From: Heptranchias perlo
Taxonomy: Eukaryota
Assembly (NCBI RefSeq): GCF_035084215.1
Contig: NC_090328.1
Location: 5,952,001 to 6,016,000 of the forward strand
Length of the DNA stretch: 64,000 bases
Reading direction: 5' to 3'
Part shown: piece after piece, positions 63,752-64,000 of the stretch
How positions within the stretch are numbered: the first letter of the stretch is position 1
Layout of the letters: each line of letters starts with the position of its first letter
The notes under the pieces: model-generated
The model's input: the letters and a program-made list of their open reading frames with translations, nothing else
Databases searched by the model: none
What the model was told of the DNA's origin: nothing
Program-made: the position numbers and the translations under genes

Positions 63752-64000
63752 GGGTGCCAGATCTGAACATAGGTAAGGACCCGAGGCCTAACGGGAGTGA
63801 GAGGCTCCCCCCTCTCACTCGGGGGGCCTTCCCACTGGGGAGGCCCTACCACCCCGGAGATTACCTTGCACTCTCCCACTTGTGGTTTCCTGGGGCAGCA
63901 GGGGCAGGGTGGAAGCAGGTTAAAGGGGGCAGCTTACCATGACCCAAATGCCTAGGGGTCACCAACTCTCCAGGACTGTCCCGGAGTCTCCAGCAATGAA

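Overview
Eukaryotic, repeat-rich vertebrate DNA, most likely a shark or ray given its CR1, L2, DeuSINE and Penelope-type repeats. About half the window is three tandem arrays: a 25-bp satellite (1-7970), a 29/30-bp G-rich satellite (15121-35292) and a 43-bp minisatellite (57660-61329). The one convincing gene is a + strand Siglec-15-like Ig-superfamily receptor. It has a signal-peptide exon (35602-35650), a dead duplicate V-set exon (about 43066-43465), an intact V-set exon (45610-45969), a C2+TM exon with an intramembrane Lys (47666-48043) and a 24-nt microexon carrying the stop (51358-51381). His replaces the sialic-acid-binding Arg. An assembly gap (37384-37579) separates exon 1 from the rest. 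Other highlights: the 20-kb satellite lies between degenerate inverted repeats, as if it grew inside a MITE, and ends about 310 bp before the receptor ATG; its 30-bp unit variant carries overlapping NF-kB and CArG motifs; a CR1 3' fragment was co-amplified four times in the 25-bp satellite with empty sites still present; there is a minimal Penelope-type hammerhead motif; and there is a possible convergent minus-strand spliced transcript. Family names come from recall, not database searches, and repeat boundaries are approximate.
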